DNA from: a virus
Taxonomy: Duplodnaviria > Heunggongvirae > Uroviricota > Caudoviricetes
Direction: 5' to 3' (one strand)
Length of the DNA stretch: 47,981 nucleotides
IMG/VR virus record: IMGVR_UViG_3300022468_000772
Location: 150,224 to 198,204 of that record
The position numbers and the translations under genes are program-made. Below are positions 33,341-44,541 of this stretch, in pieces. The notes below the pieces were generated by a model. It had not been told where the DNA came from. It made no database searches and saw only the letters and a list, made by a program, of their open reading frames with translations. Numbering within the stretch: the first letter of the stretch is position 1; the number at the start of each line of letters is the position of its first letter.

Positions 33341-35161
33341 ATGACAACACCTTCCGCAAATTTAGACTTTGACAGTATTAAAAGCAATCTGATTGCTGCG
33401 ATTAAAGCCGACCCTACTTTCACTGATTACAATTTTGAAGGTTCTGCGTTAAATGCTCTGGTTGATATACTGGCTAATAACACATTCAACAATGCATTCT
33501 TAGCCAGTGCTGCCCATGCCGAAAACTTTCTTGACTCCGCACAGCGTAGGTCAAGTGTGGTGTCTCGTGCAACCGAAATGGGATATACACCACAATCTGC
33601 AGTATGCTCTACAGCCTACGTTGATATCGTTGCTGAGAACGTGTCTACATCTGAGGTATTGCCACGTGGATTAGCTTTCACCAGTACCAACGAAAACGGT
33701 ACATACACATTCAGCGTAGCCGAAGATATTAGCTCTGTAACAAATGGTGCCAATCAAGAATTCAAGAATGTGAAACTGGTTGAAGGTGTGTTGACTTCTA
33801 ACACTTTCACACTTGATCCATCAACAAATATTCGCTCTATTTTTACGATCCCTAATGCAGGGATTGACACATCTACACTGCGTGTTTTTGTTCGCTCTTC
33901 TATTAATGCGATTGACAGAACAGAATACAAACTTGCTGATCTGGAATATGGTCTGACTGGTGAGGATGAAGTATTCTTCTTACAAGAATCATATGCTGGC
34001 CTGTTCCAGATTTACTTTGGGAATAACGTTGTTGGTAAGCAACCTGCTACCGGCAGTATTATCGAAGTATCTTACTTTTTGACAAAGAATTTTTCAGCAC
34101 CAAACGGCTGTCGCCTGTTTACCTTTGATGGGAATATTGACTCCGCTACTGCAGTTAATGTGAACACTATTCAAGTTGCTGTTGGTGGTGATTTGAAAGA
34201 ATCTATCGAGTCTATCAAGCTGAATGCAAAGAAGTCAAATAGCGCTAAGAAGCGTTATGTGAAAGAGTCTGATTATGAATTGGCTCTGAAAGAGAATTTC
34301 GGCTTTATTAAGGCTGTTTCTGTCTGGGGTGGAGAAAAGAATGTTCCACCTGTATATGGTAAGGTATTCTTTTCGATTCAACCAAAATCCGGCTTCACTA
34401 TCTCTGACACAATCAAGAGGGATGTTTTGACTCCTGCTATTCGTGCGAATGCGGTCATCAATGCAATCCCTGAGTTTGTTGATCCTGAGTATTTGCTTAT
34501 CGAATTTTCGTCGTTGGTTAAATTCAATCAATCCAAGACAACCACTACAAAGTTGGCAGCAAAGGCGTTGGTGAAGAATAGTATTGATTCGTATGTTGGA
34601 TCGATTGCGACATTTAACAAGGATTACATTAATAGTCAGTTGATTAAGAGTGTGTCGAATGTTGACCCCGGCCTTGTCGGAGTGAGTATTTCCAAGCGTG
34701 TCGGCTTCCGTGTATCCCCACTGATTGCCGTTAAAACCTATTACACCCGCTCTATTCACAATACGATTAAAAACGGCACAATCAAGAGTACCAAATTCAA
34801 TGTACTTCATGAATCTTCCGCAACTCCAGTCGTTATCAAAGAAGTGGTTGGCTCTGATTCTGTGATTACCATTAAAGGTGTAACACAGACTATCAAAACA
34901 TTGGCTTTGTTTAATGATACTGGTGAACAAATTTCCACTATCGGTACAGTCAATTTGAATACTGGTAAATTTGAGTTTTATATCGATATCCTGTCATACA
35001 TTACATCAAACAGATTTGTTCAAATCATGTGTGAACTGGTATATGAAGATATCAATGCGGCTCAGAACCAGATCATTACACTGGATGAAACAGTTTCGGA
35101 AGATACCACAATCGGTTTAGCAACAAATAATTTTGTTGAAATTGAAAATTACGAACGTTAA
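33341..35161 (+). CDS. gp6: baseplate wedge subunit
   Basis: LDFDSIKSNL, FTDYNFEGSAL, FLDSAQRRSSVVSRA, VWGGEKNVPPVYGKVF. Confidence 0.95.
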   Translation: MTTPSANLDFDSIKSNLIAAIKADPTFTDYNFEGSALNALVDILANNTFNNAFLASAAHAENFLDSAQRRSSVVSRATEMGYTPQSAVCSTAYVDIVAENVSTSEVLPRGLAFTSTNENGTYTFSVAEDISSVTNGANQEFKNVKLVEGVLTSNTFTLDPSTNIRSIFTIPNAGIDTSTLRVFVRSSINAIDRTEYKLADLEYGLTGEDEVFFLQESYAGLFQIYFGNNVVGKQPATGSIIEVSYFLTKNFSAPNGCRLFTFDGNIDSATAVNVNTIQVAVGGDLKESIESIKLNAKKSNSAKKRYVKESDYELALKENFGFIKAVSVWGGEKNVPPVYGKVFFSIQPKSGFTISDTIKRDVLTPAIRANAVINAIPEFVDPEYLLIEFSSLVKFNQSKTTTTKLAAKALVKNSIDSYVGSIATFNKDYINSQLIKSVSNVDPGLVGVSISKRVGFRVSPLIAVKTYYTRSIHNTIKNGTIKSTKFNVLHESSATPVVIKEVVGSDSVITIKGVTQTIKTLALFNDTGEQISTIGTVNLNTGKFEFYIDILSYITSNRFVQIMCELVYEDINAAQNQIITLDETVSEDTTIGLATNNFVEIENYER

Positions 35162-36534
35162 TGAAAACTTCTGAAATTATTAAAACACAGATACCGGAAC
35201 ATATTGTTTCGGATGCCCCTCTGTTTGTTGCTTTTGTTGATGCATATTACAAATATGTTGATACGGCAACACAGGGGCATGGTCAAATTCAAAACTCGCT
35301 TGTAAATAGTGATGTTGACCTATGCGATGAATCATTTGTAAATGATTTTTATGCTATGTATGCAAGCAACTTACCGAGAGAAGTTGCTATGGATCGGCGC
35401 AATTTCATTAAGATTTTGCGGTCTATTCATGAGGCGTCTGGTACAGAAAAGGCGCTTCGTTTGGCGTTTCAGGCGATATTCAATGAAACTGTGAAGGTGT
35501 CGTTCCCGGGCGAGGCTCGACTGAAAACATCTGACGGTGTTTGGATTCGTGAAAAATATATTACCCTCGATACTAAATTCGGCTCTATCCCTGATGGCGC
35601 TATCAAAATGTCGTTTAGTAACAGCTTGGGTGATTTTTCGTTTGAAACTACTCGAACTGAAATTATTGGTACAACTGTTAGATGTTACTTTCAATCTTAC
35701 ACAAAAATTACATTTGATGAAGGTCAGCGTGTTTTCCATTACGATGCAAATGGAAATATGGTTTATGCGGGTGATTTGGTTAAATCTCCATCGTTTTTGA
35801 GTATTGTGTCTCCGGGCCGTGACTGGCAAGTCGGACAAGTGGTGGTTATTCCCGGCAGCAACCAAAACACTATCGCACGTGTCACCAGTATTAATGCTAT
35901 TGGTGGTATTACTGGTGTTGAAATTGTTGAATACGGTAATACACACATCGATGGTCAAGTTATTACCGTTTCACCATATCCTAATAGACCTGCATCGTCT
36001 GCTATCGTTGTAGATACAGTGTTGACACAAGTAACACCACCAATATACTCTCATACCATTAGTATTGCTGAATATATTGACAATCTATCAGAAAGTGTTG
36101 TTGGTATTTCTGATAGTCTGAGTGTTAATTCATATTTTCTTGAAGATTATGTTGAATCATATGTTGGTCATACTACGTTTTCTCAACAGATTAACAGCAC
36201 AGTTTATAGCACAACAGAAGATACTGGTAGCTTGACTATTGAAGAATGGTTAGCATCACGTGCAACTCTTTCATATCAATATGGTGATGTGGTGACACTG
36301 CGTGGTTATTATCTGAATGAGCAGGGTCAGATTTCTAATCAATCTATTAAACTGCAGGATAACTACTTCTATCAGGCATTCTCGTATTTGGTCGAGACTT
36401 CTCAGGACATTTCTCAGTATGAGTCTCTATTAAATATTACACATCCTGCCGGTAGCAAACAATTCTCAGATTTGTCAAAATCCGGTAATCTGGAAATTTC
36501 AATTACCCCAAGTAGAGAGATAACCTCTATCTGA
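35161..36534 (+). CDS. gp7: baseplate wedge subunit (gp7-like)
   Basis: QIPEHI...FVAFVDAYYKY, GTEKALRLAF, LKTSDGVW, LQDNYFYQAFSY, HPAG. Confidence 0.7.
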   Translation: MKTSEIIKTQIPEHIVSDAPLFVAFVDAYYKYVDTATQGHGQIQNSLVNSDVDLCDESFVNDFYAMYASNLPREVAMDRRNFIKILRSIHEASGTEKALRLAFQAIFNETVKVSFPGEARLKTSDGVWIREKYITLDTKFGSIPDGAIKMSFSNSLGDFSFETTRTEIIGTTVRCYFQSYTKITFDEGQRVFHYDANGNMVYAGDLVKSPSFLSIVSPGRDWQVGQVVVIPGSNQNTIARVTSINAIGGITGVEIVEYGNTHIDGQVITVSPYPNRPASSAIVVDTVLTQVTPPIYSHTISIAEYIDNLSESVVGISDSLSVNSYFLEDYVESYVGHTTFSQQINSTVYSTTEDTGSLTIEEWLASRATLSYQYGDVVTLRGYYLNEQGQISNQSIKLQDNYFYQAFSYLVETSQDISQYESLLNITHPAGSKQFSDLSKSGNLEISITPSREITSI

Positions 36535-36544
36535 ATCCAATAAT

Positions 36545-36991
36545 ATGATCACAGAACAAATAAAAATAGTCGGTACTCCGACATTTAAACTTTATGATGC
36601 GGATGGAAATCTGAAGCATGAGTTTACCAAGAAAAATATGATTGTTGCCACCGGTATCAATTGGATTGTTTCGCGTCTGAAATCAAACACTGCTGCGACT
36701 ATGACTCATATTGCAATTGGTGGTAATGCTACTGCACCTTCGCTTGGTAATACGGCACTGTTGTCTGAAATTTCAAGACAGATAATGACCCCTGCTGGTG
36801 GAACTTTGTCAGGTCAGTCGATTATCTATAATGCAGCATTTCCGCCGGGCGTCGGCACTGGTCTGATTTCTGAAGCAGGTGTTTTTAACTCCAATACTGG
36901 TGGAACCATGATGTCTCGGGTTGCGTTCCCAACTTTCACAAAAGCTGCTGCTGACACTCTGACTATCGAGTGGGCATTTACACAGGGTTAA
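36545..36991 (+). CDS. virion structural protein
   Basis: KNMIVATG, THIAIGG, EAGVFN pattern of phage baseplate/tail-fibre-associated proteins. Confidence 0.7.
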   Translation: MITEQIKIVGTPTFKLYDADGNLKHEFTKKNMIVATGINWIVSRLKSNTAATMTHIAIGGNATAPSLGNTALLSEISRQIMTPAGGTLSGQSIIYNAAFPPGVGTGLISEAGVFNSNTGGTMMSRVAFPTFTKAAADTLTIEWAFTQG

Positions 36992-36992
36992 T

Positions 36993-39038
36993 ATGAGTAT
37001 TTCTATTAGACGCGATTTTCACACAGATTTAGCAAATACTGTTGCTGAAGATATCCAATATCGTAGGGCTAACTATTTCTACTTTTTAGGTAAAGTCGAA
37101 ACTTGGGGTGGGACAGATACCGCACCTGTTGATATCGAAATTGATTCTGATTACGAGAATACAAAAATTCGCGCAAATCTTCTTTTTATCAAGAAAATAA
37201 CTGCAGGTGATATTTCTTTTGTGTCAAAGCGGTATAATTGGACAAGCGGCACAGTTTATAATGTATGGGATCATACCATCAATATGCAGAACTTACCTTT
37301 CTATGTGGTAACTTCTACAAACGATGTGTATAAATGTTTATCAAATAATGGTGGCGTGGCTTCTACGTCACAACCATCTGGTAAATCATATTATCACACG
37401 GCAACGGCTGATGGCTACATCTGGAAATTCATGTATACGATCCCTTCGTTTAAGGTATCGAAATTTATGACTTCTAGTTTTATTCCTGTGCAGAAATCTC
37501 TTTCCGATAGTTTCTATTCGCGTGGTGCTGCACAATTTGTCAGTATTGTGAATGGTGGTACTGGTTACACTGCTGGCCCTGCAACGTCAATTACAGTCTC
37601 GGGTGCTACAACTGGCTCCGGTGCTGTTGCTAGTGTCACAACAGGTATTGCAGGAACCATCACAAGCGCTACTGTGACAAATGGTGGTACTGGTTACACT
37701 GCTGGTGTAACACTGTCTGTTAGCTCTTCTGGCGGCTCTGGGGCAATATTGACTCCAGTGATTGTAGGCGGTGTGGTCACAGATATTACGGTCACATCAT
37801 CGGGTGTTGGATATAGTTCTGGTGAGTCGGTTCAGTTCAATACAGGCGGTGCCAGTCTTGTTGCTTCGGTAGATAGCGATGGTACTATTCAAAATGTTAT
37901 CATCAAAAATGCAGGTAGCGGTTACTCTGGTACCGTGACATTAACTGTAAACTCTGCTACTGGTACAGGAAAGTATGGTAACCCGACAGCGTTGTTGAGT
38001 GCAGTTGTTTATCAGGGTAGTATTAAGCATGTGAATATTGTTGACCCGGGCGTCGGTCTGGTATATCAATCCGCAACCACAATCACTGTCACTGGTGATG
38101 GTACTGGCGCATCTTTCACACCAATTGTTGATGGTGGTGAGATTATTGATGTGATTATTGAAAATGCCGGTACTGGTTACAGCACAATGAAACTGCAGGT
38201 TGTTGGTTCAGGTTCTGGCGCAGTGTTGGAAAGTGCTTTGACGACTTCTGATTACACATCAACACAGTCGATTGTGGAGCAGACTACAACGCCCGGCGCA
38301 ATCTACCACATCAATGTTGTAAATGGTGGCAATAACTACTCTCCATCCACTACCGTTTCTATCGACGGTGACGGTACCGGTGCCACTGCAGTTGCGACCA
38401 TTGTTTCTGGTGTGATTACAAAAATTACTATGACTTCGTTTGGTTCAAACTACACATATGCTAACGTAGTGGTCACAGACCCGCTTAGAACCCTCATAGG
38501 AAGCGTTATCAATGTGTCGGCATATGCTTGCCTACCTCCACTTAAAGGACACGGCTATGACGCTGTTAGTGAGCTTTACGGGGAAACTCTGGCTATCAAC
38601 TCTTCGTTGCGTCAAGAAACAACACTGAATGCTTTGCTTCAAGATTATCGTCAGTTCGGTATTATCAAAAATCCTAGCCAGCTATACATCAATAGCGTAT
38701 ATACCGGTGATGTTGATTTGATTGCATATGATGTTCAATTCAGTTCTGTTTTGAATCTGATTGTGGATGAAGTTTTGCTGCTGAATAACTCTCGATTCCG
38801 AGTAGTCGGCATTGATGGGAATAACGTTAAATTACAGGCGTTGGGTACAAAGTTGATCACACCTTTGGGTACTCTGGTTGCTGAGAGTAATGGAACACGT
38901 AGCTATAACGCAATTCGAGTTTTAGATTACCCTAATGTCAATAAATACTCAGGTAAGCTGCTTTATGTGGCTGATGAAAATCCTTTCTCGTTTACTGCAG
39001 AACAGGGTATCGCAATAAAAACATTCTTAAAGTTCTAA
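36993..39038 (+). CDS. gp8: baseplate wedge subunit with Gly-rich (NGGxGYT) repeat insertion
   Basis: RYNWTSGTVY, FYVVTS..VYKCLSN, TADGYIWKFMYTI, RQFGIIKNP, YSGKLLYV. Confidence 0.88.
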   Translation: MSISIRRDFHTDLANTVAEDIQYRRANYFYFLGKVETWGGTDTAPVDIEIDSDYENTKIRANLLFIKKITAGDISFVSKRYNWTSGTVYNVWDHTINMQNLPFYVVTSTNDVYKCLSNNGGVASTSQPSGKSYYHTATADGYIWKFMYTIPSFKVSKFMTSSFIPVQKSLSDSFYSRGAAQFVSIVNGGTGYTAGPATSITVSGATTGSGAVASVTTGIAGTITSATVTNGGTGYTAGVTLSVSSSGGSGAILTPVIVGGVVTDITVTSSGVGYSSGESVQFNTGGASLVASVDSDGTIQNVIIKNAGSGYSGTVTLTVNSATGTGKYGNPTALLSAVVYQGSIKHVNIVDPGVGLVYQSATTITVTGDGTGASFTPIVDGGEIIDVIIENAGTGYSTMKLQVVGSGSGAVLESALTTSDYTSTQSIVEQTTTPGAIYHINVVNGGNNYSPSTTVSIDGDGTGATAVATIVSGVITKITMTSFGSNYTYANVVVTDPLRTLIGSVINVSAYACLPPLKGHGYDAVSELYGETLAINSSLRQETTLNALLQDYRQFGIIKNPSQLYINSVYTGDVDLIAYDVQFSSVLNLIVDEVLLLNNSRFRVVGIDGNNVKLQALGTKLITPLGTLVAESNGTRSYNAIRVLDYPNVNKYSGKLLYVADENPFSFTAEQGIAIKTFLKF

Positions 39039-39041
39039 TAA

Positions 39042-42000
39042 ATGACTATTGATATCGCAGCACAACCATACTATGACGACTTTAATTCGTCTAATGGGTT
39101 TCATCAAATTTTGTTCAAGCCCGGCATGTCTGTACAGGCCCGTGAACTCACGCAAATTCAATCTATCATGCGTGATCAGGTGGCGAAATTTGGTGGACAT
39201 ATTTTCAAGCACGGTAGCGTGGTGTTGCCCGGCAACTCTAGCAGTGATTTGAACATTTGCTATGTAAAACTTGCATCGACTACAACCGATCCTACCACAC
39301 TAATCGGCAAAGAAGTTGTTGGTGGTACAACTGGCTTACGTGGTCTGATTCGTCACGCTGTTGCTCAAGGTGCAGAACCCGCAAAACTCTACGTTTCTTA
39401 CTACAACACAGGCTCTGCTGGACAGGCTCTTTTTGCTGATGGTGAACCACTGGTAGTGTCTGGTACGACTGCCACCTTTAACGTAGCTGCAACGGGTGCT
39501 ACTGGTGCAGCATCTATGGCTATGATCAATAAGGGTGTGTTCTTTGTTAATGGCACGTTTGTTGAAGTTGCAAAACAGTCAATTGTGATTGCTGATACGG
39601 CAACGCCTTCTGCACATGTGTTGTTGAAAATTGATGAAACTGTGGTCACTTCTGACACCGATGAAAGTTTGTTAGACCCTGCACAGGGATATAACAACTA
39701 TGCTGCGCCCGGCGCGGATCGATTGAAGATCAGCCTCACATTAACTACTCTCCCACTTGGGACAAGTTTTGGCAGCGATTACATCGAAATTATGCGTTTT
39801 GATGAAGGTGTTTTGCTCGAACACCTACGCTATGCAAAATACAATGAATTGGAAAAATCACTTGCTCGTGTGATTAGTGATGAATCTGGTGACTACGTTG
39901 TAAATGGTATGCGAACTACTGCACGTGAACATCTGAAAACTGATGTGAATGGTGGTAGATATTCCAATGGTGATGTTGCAAAAATGATTTACTCTGTTGG
40001 TTCGGGTAAAGCATATGTTAGTGGATTTGAAACTGAGATTTTATCTGTTGTTGAACTGATTGTTGATAAGGCTCGTACTGCACAGCATGTTGTGACAACG
40101 ACAACCAATTTGGTTCCATCATTTGGACAGTACATTTATGTGACCGACTTGGTTTCACTTCCAGATTTTCTTCGCCGTGAACAGATTTCTCTTTATTCGG
40201 CAAAAACTGGTGGCACTGTCATTGGAACAGCAAATGCAGTTGCAATTTCATATGTTGAATCCAATACAACAGATTCAAATGCGATTTTTAAATTGTTTGT
40301 TACTGATGTAAAATTTACATCTGGTTCTATTTCTGATGTTGGTCGTGTTACATATGCGAGTGGTTCCACTACGGTACTTCAGAAAATGACAGTATCTCCA
40401 ACATCTGCAGTTGATTTTGTTCTCAATGAAGTTGTAACTTCCGGTGTACGTGCATCTACGGTTCATAAATTTACACGTGCAAACGGATCGCTGTATCTTT
40501 TCAAACATGCTGCAGCGACTTCTACTGTTGTTGCTAATGACACGATTACTGCACCTTCAACTGCAGCGGGTAAAATCCTATCAAGTGAAATCTTGGGTAG
40601 AAACTCTCAAGATAATATGCTGGTTCAACTACCTTCATATTCTACATATAAGATCAAAAATGCTAGTGGTGTTTCTGATATTTTCTACAAGATTTATCAC
40701 AAAACATCGGTGAATATTACTGGTGGTGCAGGATCATTCTCCGTCACTGGTATGACAATTGATCCAAAAGCAACAGGAACTTTCTTGATTACTTCTGCTG
40801 CCGGTGTTCATCCACTTTCAACAGCTACTGTTTCGCCTGATGGTTTGTCCGTTACTTTTGCTGGTATCACTCCTGCAACAACTACACTTCAGGTTGTTTG
40901 TTCTGCGACAAAAACCGGCGCATCTGGCGCACCAAGAACTAAAACTCTTGTTAGCAATTTCTCGCAATCTGGATTAACACCGAGTGCAACAGTTGCACTT
41001 ACTATGGCTGATGTTATCAGAATCAAGTCTGTAGTTTCAACAGTTGATGGTGATGTGACTTCACGATTCAAATTGGATACAGGTCAGCGCGATTATGCAT
41101 ATCTGCGCGGTGCATTGATTCTTACAGGTACACTACCAACAGGAACTCTTACTGTTACGTATGATTACTTTAATCATAACTCTGGTTCCGGTGATTACTT
41201 CTCAGTTGATTCCTATGAATCTTCTGGAATGACTGACTATTTTGAATCAAGTACATTGAATTTTATTTCTCCTTCTACGAACAAATATTACGATTTGCGC
41301 GATTGTTTGGATTTCCGTCCACGAGTAGGTACTGATGGCACATTCTCTGGTACGGGTAATTCTGTGGTTCCAGTACCAATCATTGATTCGAGAATTACAA
41401 CAAGTTTGCAGCAATATGTAGGTAGAACTGATGTTATTGTTATTGCAAAGGGTGGAGAAATTTCTGTTATTTCCGGCACACCTGCACTAAAACCAGTTAA
41501 ACCATATGTGTCAAGTGAATTTTTACAACTTGCTACAATATCGGTTCCACCATATACATATGCAGCTAAAGATGTATCAATTACCAAAATTGATAATCGT
41601 GGTTATACCATGAAAGATATTGCTGCTATTGACAACAGAATTTCAAAAATTGAAGATTTGGTTTTACTTTCTCAAGCAGAATCAAGTGCTGTAAATTATG
41701 ACATTATTGATGCGACAACAGGTTTGTCTCGTTTCAAATCTGGATATTTGGTAGATTCATTTACTGATTCTGAAAAAATTGCAGACATTTATTCTCCACA
41801 ATTTCGTGTTGTTTATATGTCCGAGAAAATGATCCCATCATTTGAGACTATTGATATCCCATTAACTGTGACTTCAAATAGTGGTCAAGTAACTGGAAAT
41901 GTTGTTACTCTGCCATATACAAATACAGTTCTAGCAAAACAACCAATGTCTTCACGTGTTACAAATATTAACCCATTCTCGGTATTTTCGTGGAAGGGTG

Positions 42001-42179
42001 ATATGAATTTGGTTCCAAATAGTGATACGTGGGTTGAAGTGGTTGATTTACCGCCGAATTATACATCATCTGTTGAATTTGTGTCAGTTCCTCGTCCAAC
42101 TCGGGCATTCTTGACAAGTTCTTGGTCTTCTAACTCATTTTTAAATGGTCGGTTTTCTTCTGGTAGCAATAACAATTAA
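39042..42179 (+). CDS. VrlC/DUF4815-like large virion protein, N-terminal part
   Basis: PYYDDF...ILFKPG..VQARELTQIQS, APGADRLKISL, DFRPRV, RFKSGYLVDSF. Confidence 0.85.
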   Translation: MTIDIAAQPYYDDFNSSNGFHQILFKPGMSVQARELTQIQSIMRDQVAKFGGHIFKHGSVVLPGNSSSDLNICYVKLASTTTDPTTLIGKEVVGGTTGLRGLIRHAVAQGAEPAKLYVSYYNTGSAGQALFADGEPLVVSGTTATFNVAATGATGAASMAMINKGVFFVNGTFVEVAKQSIVIADTATPSAHVLLKIDETVVTSDTDESLLDPAQGYNNYAAPGADRLKISLTLTTLPLGTSFGSDYIEIMRFDEGVLLEHLRYAKYNELEKSLARVISDESGDYVVNGMRTTAREHLKTDVNGGRYSNGDVAKMIYSVGSGKAYVSGFETEILSVVELIVDKARTAQHVVTTTTNLVPSFGQYIYVTDLVSLPDFLRREQISLYSAKTGGTVIGTANAVAISYVESNTTDSNAIFKLFVTDVKFTSGSISDVGRVTYASGSTTVLQKMTVSPTSAVDFVLNEVVTSGVRASTVHKFTRANGSLYLFKHAAATSTVVANDTITAPSTAAGKILSSEILGRNSQDNMLVQLPSYSTYKIKNASGVSDIFYKIYHKTSVNITGGAGSFSVTGMTIDPKATGTFLITSAAGVHPLSTATVSPDGLSVTFAGITPATTTLQVVCSATKTGASGAPRTKTLVSNFSQSGLTPSATVALTMADVIRIKSVVSTVDGDVTSRFKLDTGQRDYAYLRGALILTGTLPTGTLTVTYDYFNHNSGSGDYFSVDSYESSGMTDYFESSTLNFISPSTNKYYDLRDCLDFRPRVGTDGTFSGTGNSVVPVPIIDSRITTSLQQYVGRTDVIVIAKGGEISVISGTPALKPVKPYVSSEFLQLATISVPPYTYAAKDVSITKIDNRGYTMKDIAAIDNRISKIEDLVLLSQAESSAVNYDIIDATTGLSRFKSGYLVDSFTDSEKIADIYSPQFRVVYMSEKMIPSFETIDIPLTVTSNSGQVTGNVVTLPYTNTVLAKQPMSSRVTNINPFSVFSWKGDMNLVPNSDTWVEVVDLPPNYTSSVEFVSVPRPTRAFLTSSWSSNSFLNGRFSSGSNNN

Positions 42180-42182
42180 ATA
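42176..42182 (+). promoter_or_regulatory. late promoter-like TTAAATA between the two DUF4815 ORFs
   Basis: Same heptamer as at 27778; overlaps the stop codon, 24 bp before the next ATG. Confidence 0.5.
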
Positions 42183-42205
42183 AACCATAAACTTAGAGAA
42201 AATTA

Positions 42206-44350
42206 ATGGCAACAAGACAAGTATCAACTAGAAATTTAGTGGGGTTGACCTCACTATCTTTTATTCGCCCACAGGTAATCACGTTTACTGTTTCAAATAG
42301 TAAACCAAATACTAGAATGTACCCATTCTTTGATGGGATCGATGTTAGCGCATATATCACCCCTACTGGTGGTAGCATGGGCGGTATTCTTACAACTGGT
42401 GCGGATGGTAGAGTATCGGGAACATTTTCAGTCCCTGCTATGACGTTCAATACTGGTGAGCGAGAGTTTAAGGTTCAGGATACCGCATCATATGATGCGT
42501 CGAGTATCCCTGGCTCAACTGTTGGTTCTGCTGTTGGTAAGTTTACTGCAGTTGGTATGAAGGAAACATACCAGACCACAATCAATACGATTACTACGAT
42601 TGAGGTTCAGGAGCCCGGCGAGGGTGGTGGTGGTGGTGACCCATTGGCACAATCATTTTTCACTTATGGTGTGACTGGTGGTTGCTTTATTACCGGAATT
42701 GATATTTTCTTTCAATCCAAGGATGCTTCACTTCCTGTTACTCTTGAATTGCGTGAAATGTCCAATGGATATCCATCAGCAAATCGAGTTGCAAAACAAT
42801 CCGTAGTTACACTTCCTCCAGCAAGTGTTTCTATTTCAAATAATGCATCGGCTGCAACACGCTTCACTTTCTCACAACCAATTTACTTGGAAGAAGATAA
42901 AGATTATTGTTTTGTTCTACTGACTAACTGTAATACATATCAGGTGTGGACAAGTAAACTGAGTGAAAAATCTGTTGAAACAGGTGGTACTATTTTTGAA
43001 CAACCATTTATTGGTTCATTGTTCAAATCGGAAAATAATATCACATGGTCAGCAGAGCAGACGGAAGATATCAAATTTACATTATATAAAGCCAATTTCA
43101 CTCAAACATCGGCTGATATTACTTTTAAAGCAACTTCACCCAAAGGATTACTTTACAGTGATTATATGAGTGTGGTGAGTGGTTCACCTGTTGTTACGCT
43201 GGCATTACCATTTCAGCATGCACATTCTACTGGAGAAAAAATCTATCTGGAAACTGGTGTTACTGGTGGAACATTCCGTGGTGTTTCAAATGCAACAATG
43301 ATTGATCCTGCTGGCTATAGCGTAACTGTGTTGGATCAATACACACTGACATTTTCTGTTGGTACAAATTTTACATCGTCTGGAAATCTGACTGCTTCCG
43401 GTGGTCTGGATCGAGTTGATGTTGATGCAACAGGTTCTGGTTATGTTTCTCCAACACTTAATTTCTCAGGTGGTGGCGGTACTGGTGCTGCAGCAACAGC
43501 AGTGGTTGTGGGTGGAAAAATTGTGGGTGTTACCGTAACAAATCGTGGTTCTGGTTATACATCTTCACCTACAGTAATTGTGACGGATGCATCCGGTTCT
43601 GGTGCAGTTCTGGTTCCAATTTCAGAAGGTACATTCATTACTTCTTTCAATAGAAAATTTCAGAATGTGACTCCGATCATTTATGCTGACACTGTTGGTG
43701 GAACTGCACTTGATGTTTCTATCCGAACAGCAAATGAAAATTACGTTGTTGGTACGCATAAGACAGTTGATAATTTGGGATTCAATTCAGTTGACAAAAA
43801 TGCTGTTTTGGTGACACCTCAAGTCGAAACAACTTCTTTTGGCTCAACAGACTCTACACAGGTGATTGCACGACTCTCCACAAATAATTCTAATATTTCC
43901 CCTATGATCAGTCTTGGAAACGCTCCAACGATCAAGGGTAGAAATTTCTTGGTGAATTCAAACTCAAATGCTGCTTCTGAGACATCACCAACAACTGGAA
44001 CTGCTTTGGCACGATATGTTTCAAAACCAGTAACAGTAGCAACTCAGTCGAAAGATATTCGAGTTTTGGTGAATGCGGCATCCATCGATACCACATCATT
44101 TGCTGTGTTTGTTAGAACATCTATTTCGAGTGCCTCGGTTGATCACAAAGCTGGTAATTGGGTTCAATTGGTGTGTAAAACTGCAACAAATCTTTCATCA
44201 ACTCTCACTGAGTTTAAGGATTATGAGTTTTTCACAACAAGTCAATTATCACCATTTGATGTTTATGATATCAAGATTGTTTTGTTCTCAGAGAATAAAT
44301 ACCAATATCCAGAAATTAAAAACTATCGTTCAATTATATTGGCAACATGA
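42206..44350 (+). CDS. VrlC/DUF4815-like large virion protein, C-terminal part
   Basis: KPNTRMYPFFDG, DPLAQSF, GSLFKSEN..TWSAEQTEDIKF, ARYVSK, IKIV, PEIKNYRSIILA. Confidence 0.85.
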   Translation: MATRQVSTRNLVGLTSLSFIRPQVITFTVSNSKPNTRMYPFFDGIDVSAYITPTGGSMGGILTTGADGRVSGTFSVPAMTFNTGEREFKVQDTASYDASSIPGSTVGSAVGKFTAVGMKETYQTTINTITTIEVQEPGEGGGGGDPLAQSFFTYGVTGGCFITGIDIFFQSKDASLPVTLELREMSNGYPSANRVAKQSVVTLPPASVSISNNASAATRFTFSQPIYLEEDKDYCFVLLTNCNTYQVWTSKLSEKSVETGGTIFEQPFIGSLFKSENNITWSAEQTEDIKFTLYKANFTQTSADITFKATSPKGLLYSDYMSVVSGSPVVTLALPFQHAHSTGEKIYLETGVTGGTFRGVSNATMIDPAGYSVTVLDQYTLTFSVGTNFTSSGNLTASGGLDRVDVDATGSGYVSPTLNFSGGGGTGAAATAVVVGGKIVGVTVTNRGSGYTSSPTVIVTDASGSGAVLVPISEGTFITSFNRKFQNVTPIIYADTVGGTALDVSIRTANENYVVGTHKTVDNLGFNSVDKNAVLVTPQVETTSFGSTDSTQVIARLSTNNSNISPMISLGNAPTIKGRNFLVNSNSNAASETSPTTGTALARYVSKPVTVATQSKDIRVLVNAASIDTTSFAVFVRTSISSASVDHKAGNWVQLVCKTATNLSSTLTEFKDYEFFTTSQLSPFDVYDIKIVLFSENKYQYPEIKNYRSIILAT

Positions 44351-44541
44351 GACAAGTCGTAAATTCAGATGGTACAGTAATTAAAGGCTTATTCCGCAGA
44401 GCAGATGACTCACTTGTAGTTGTCGATTCTGTGGAGTTTCAAAAGAATAAAATTTCGCATGACGCTTTTCAGGCACTGAATTCTGAAGTGCAGTCATTAA
44501 AACAACAAATAGCAAAAATACTAGAGCATATCCATGGCTGA
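44347..44541 (+). CDS. small hypothetical structural protein
   Basis: 64 aa, ATGA overlap, C-terminal coiled coil. Confidence 0.65.
   Translation: MRQVVNSDGTVIKGLFRRADDSLVVVDSVEFQKNKISHDAFQALNSEVQSLKQQIAKILEHIHG

Noticed and set aside
37540-38480. Recurrent GGTGGTACTGG(T)TAC-type repeats in gp8 (also near 43430-43560)
   Set aside because: They encode Gly-rich NGGxGY structural repeats; no constant-length spacers, so not CRISPR or a DGR template
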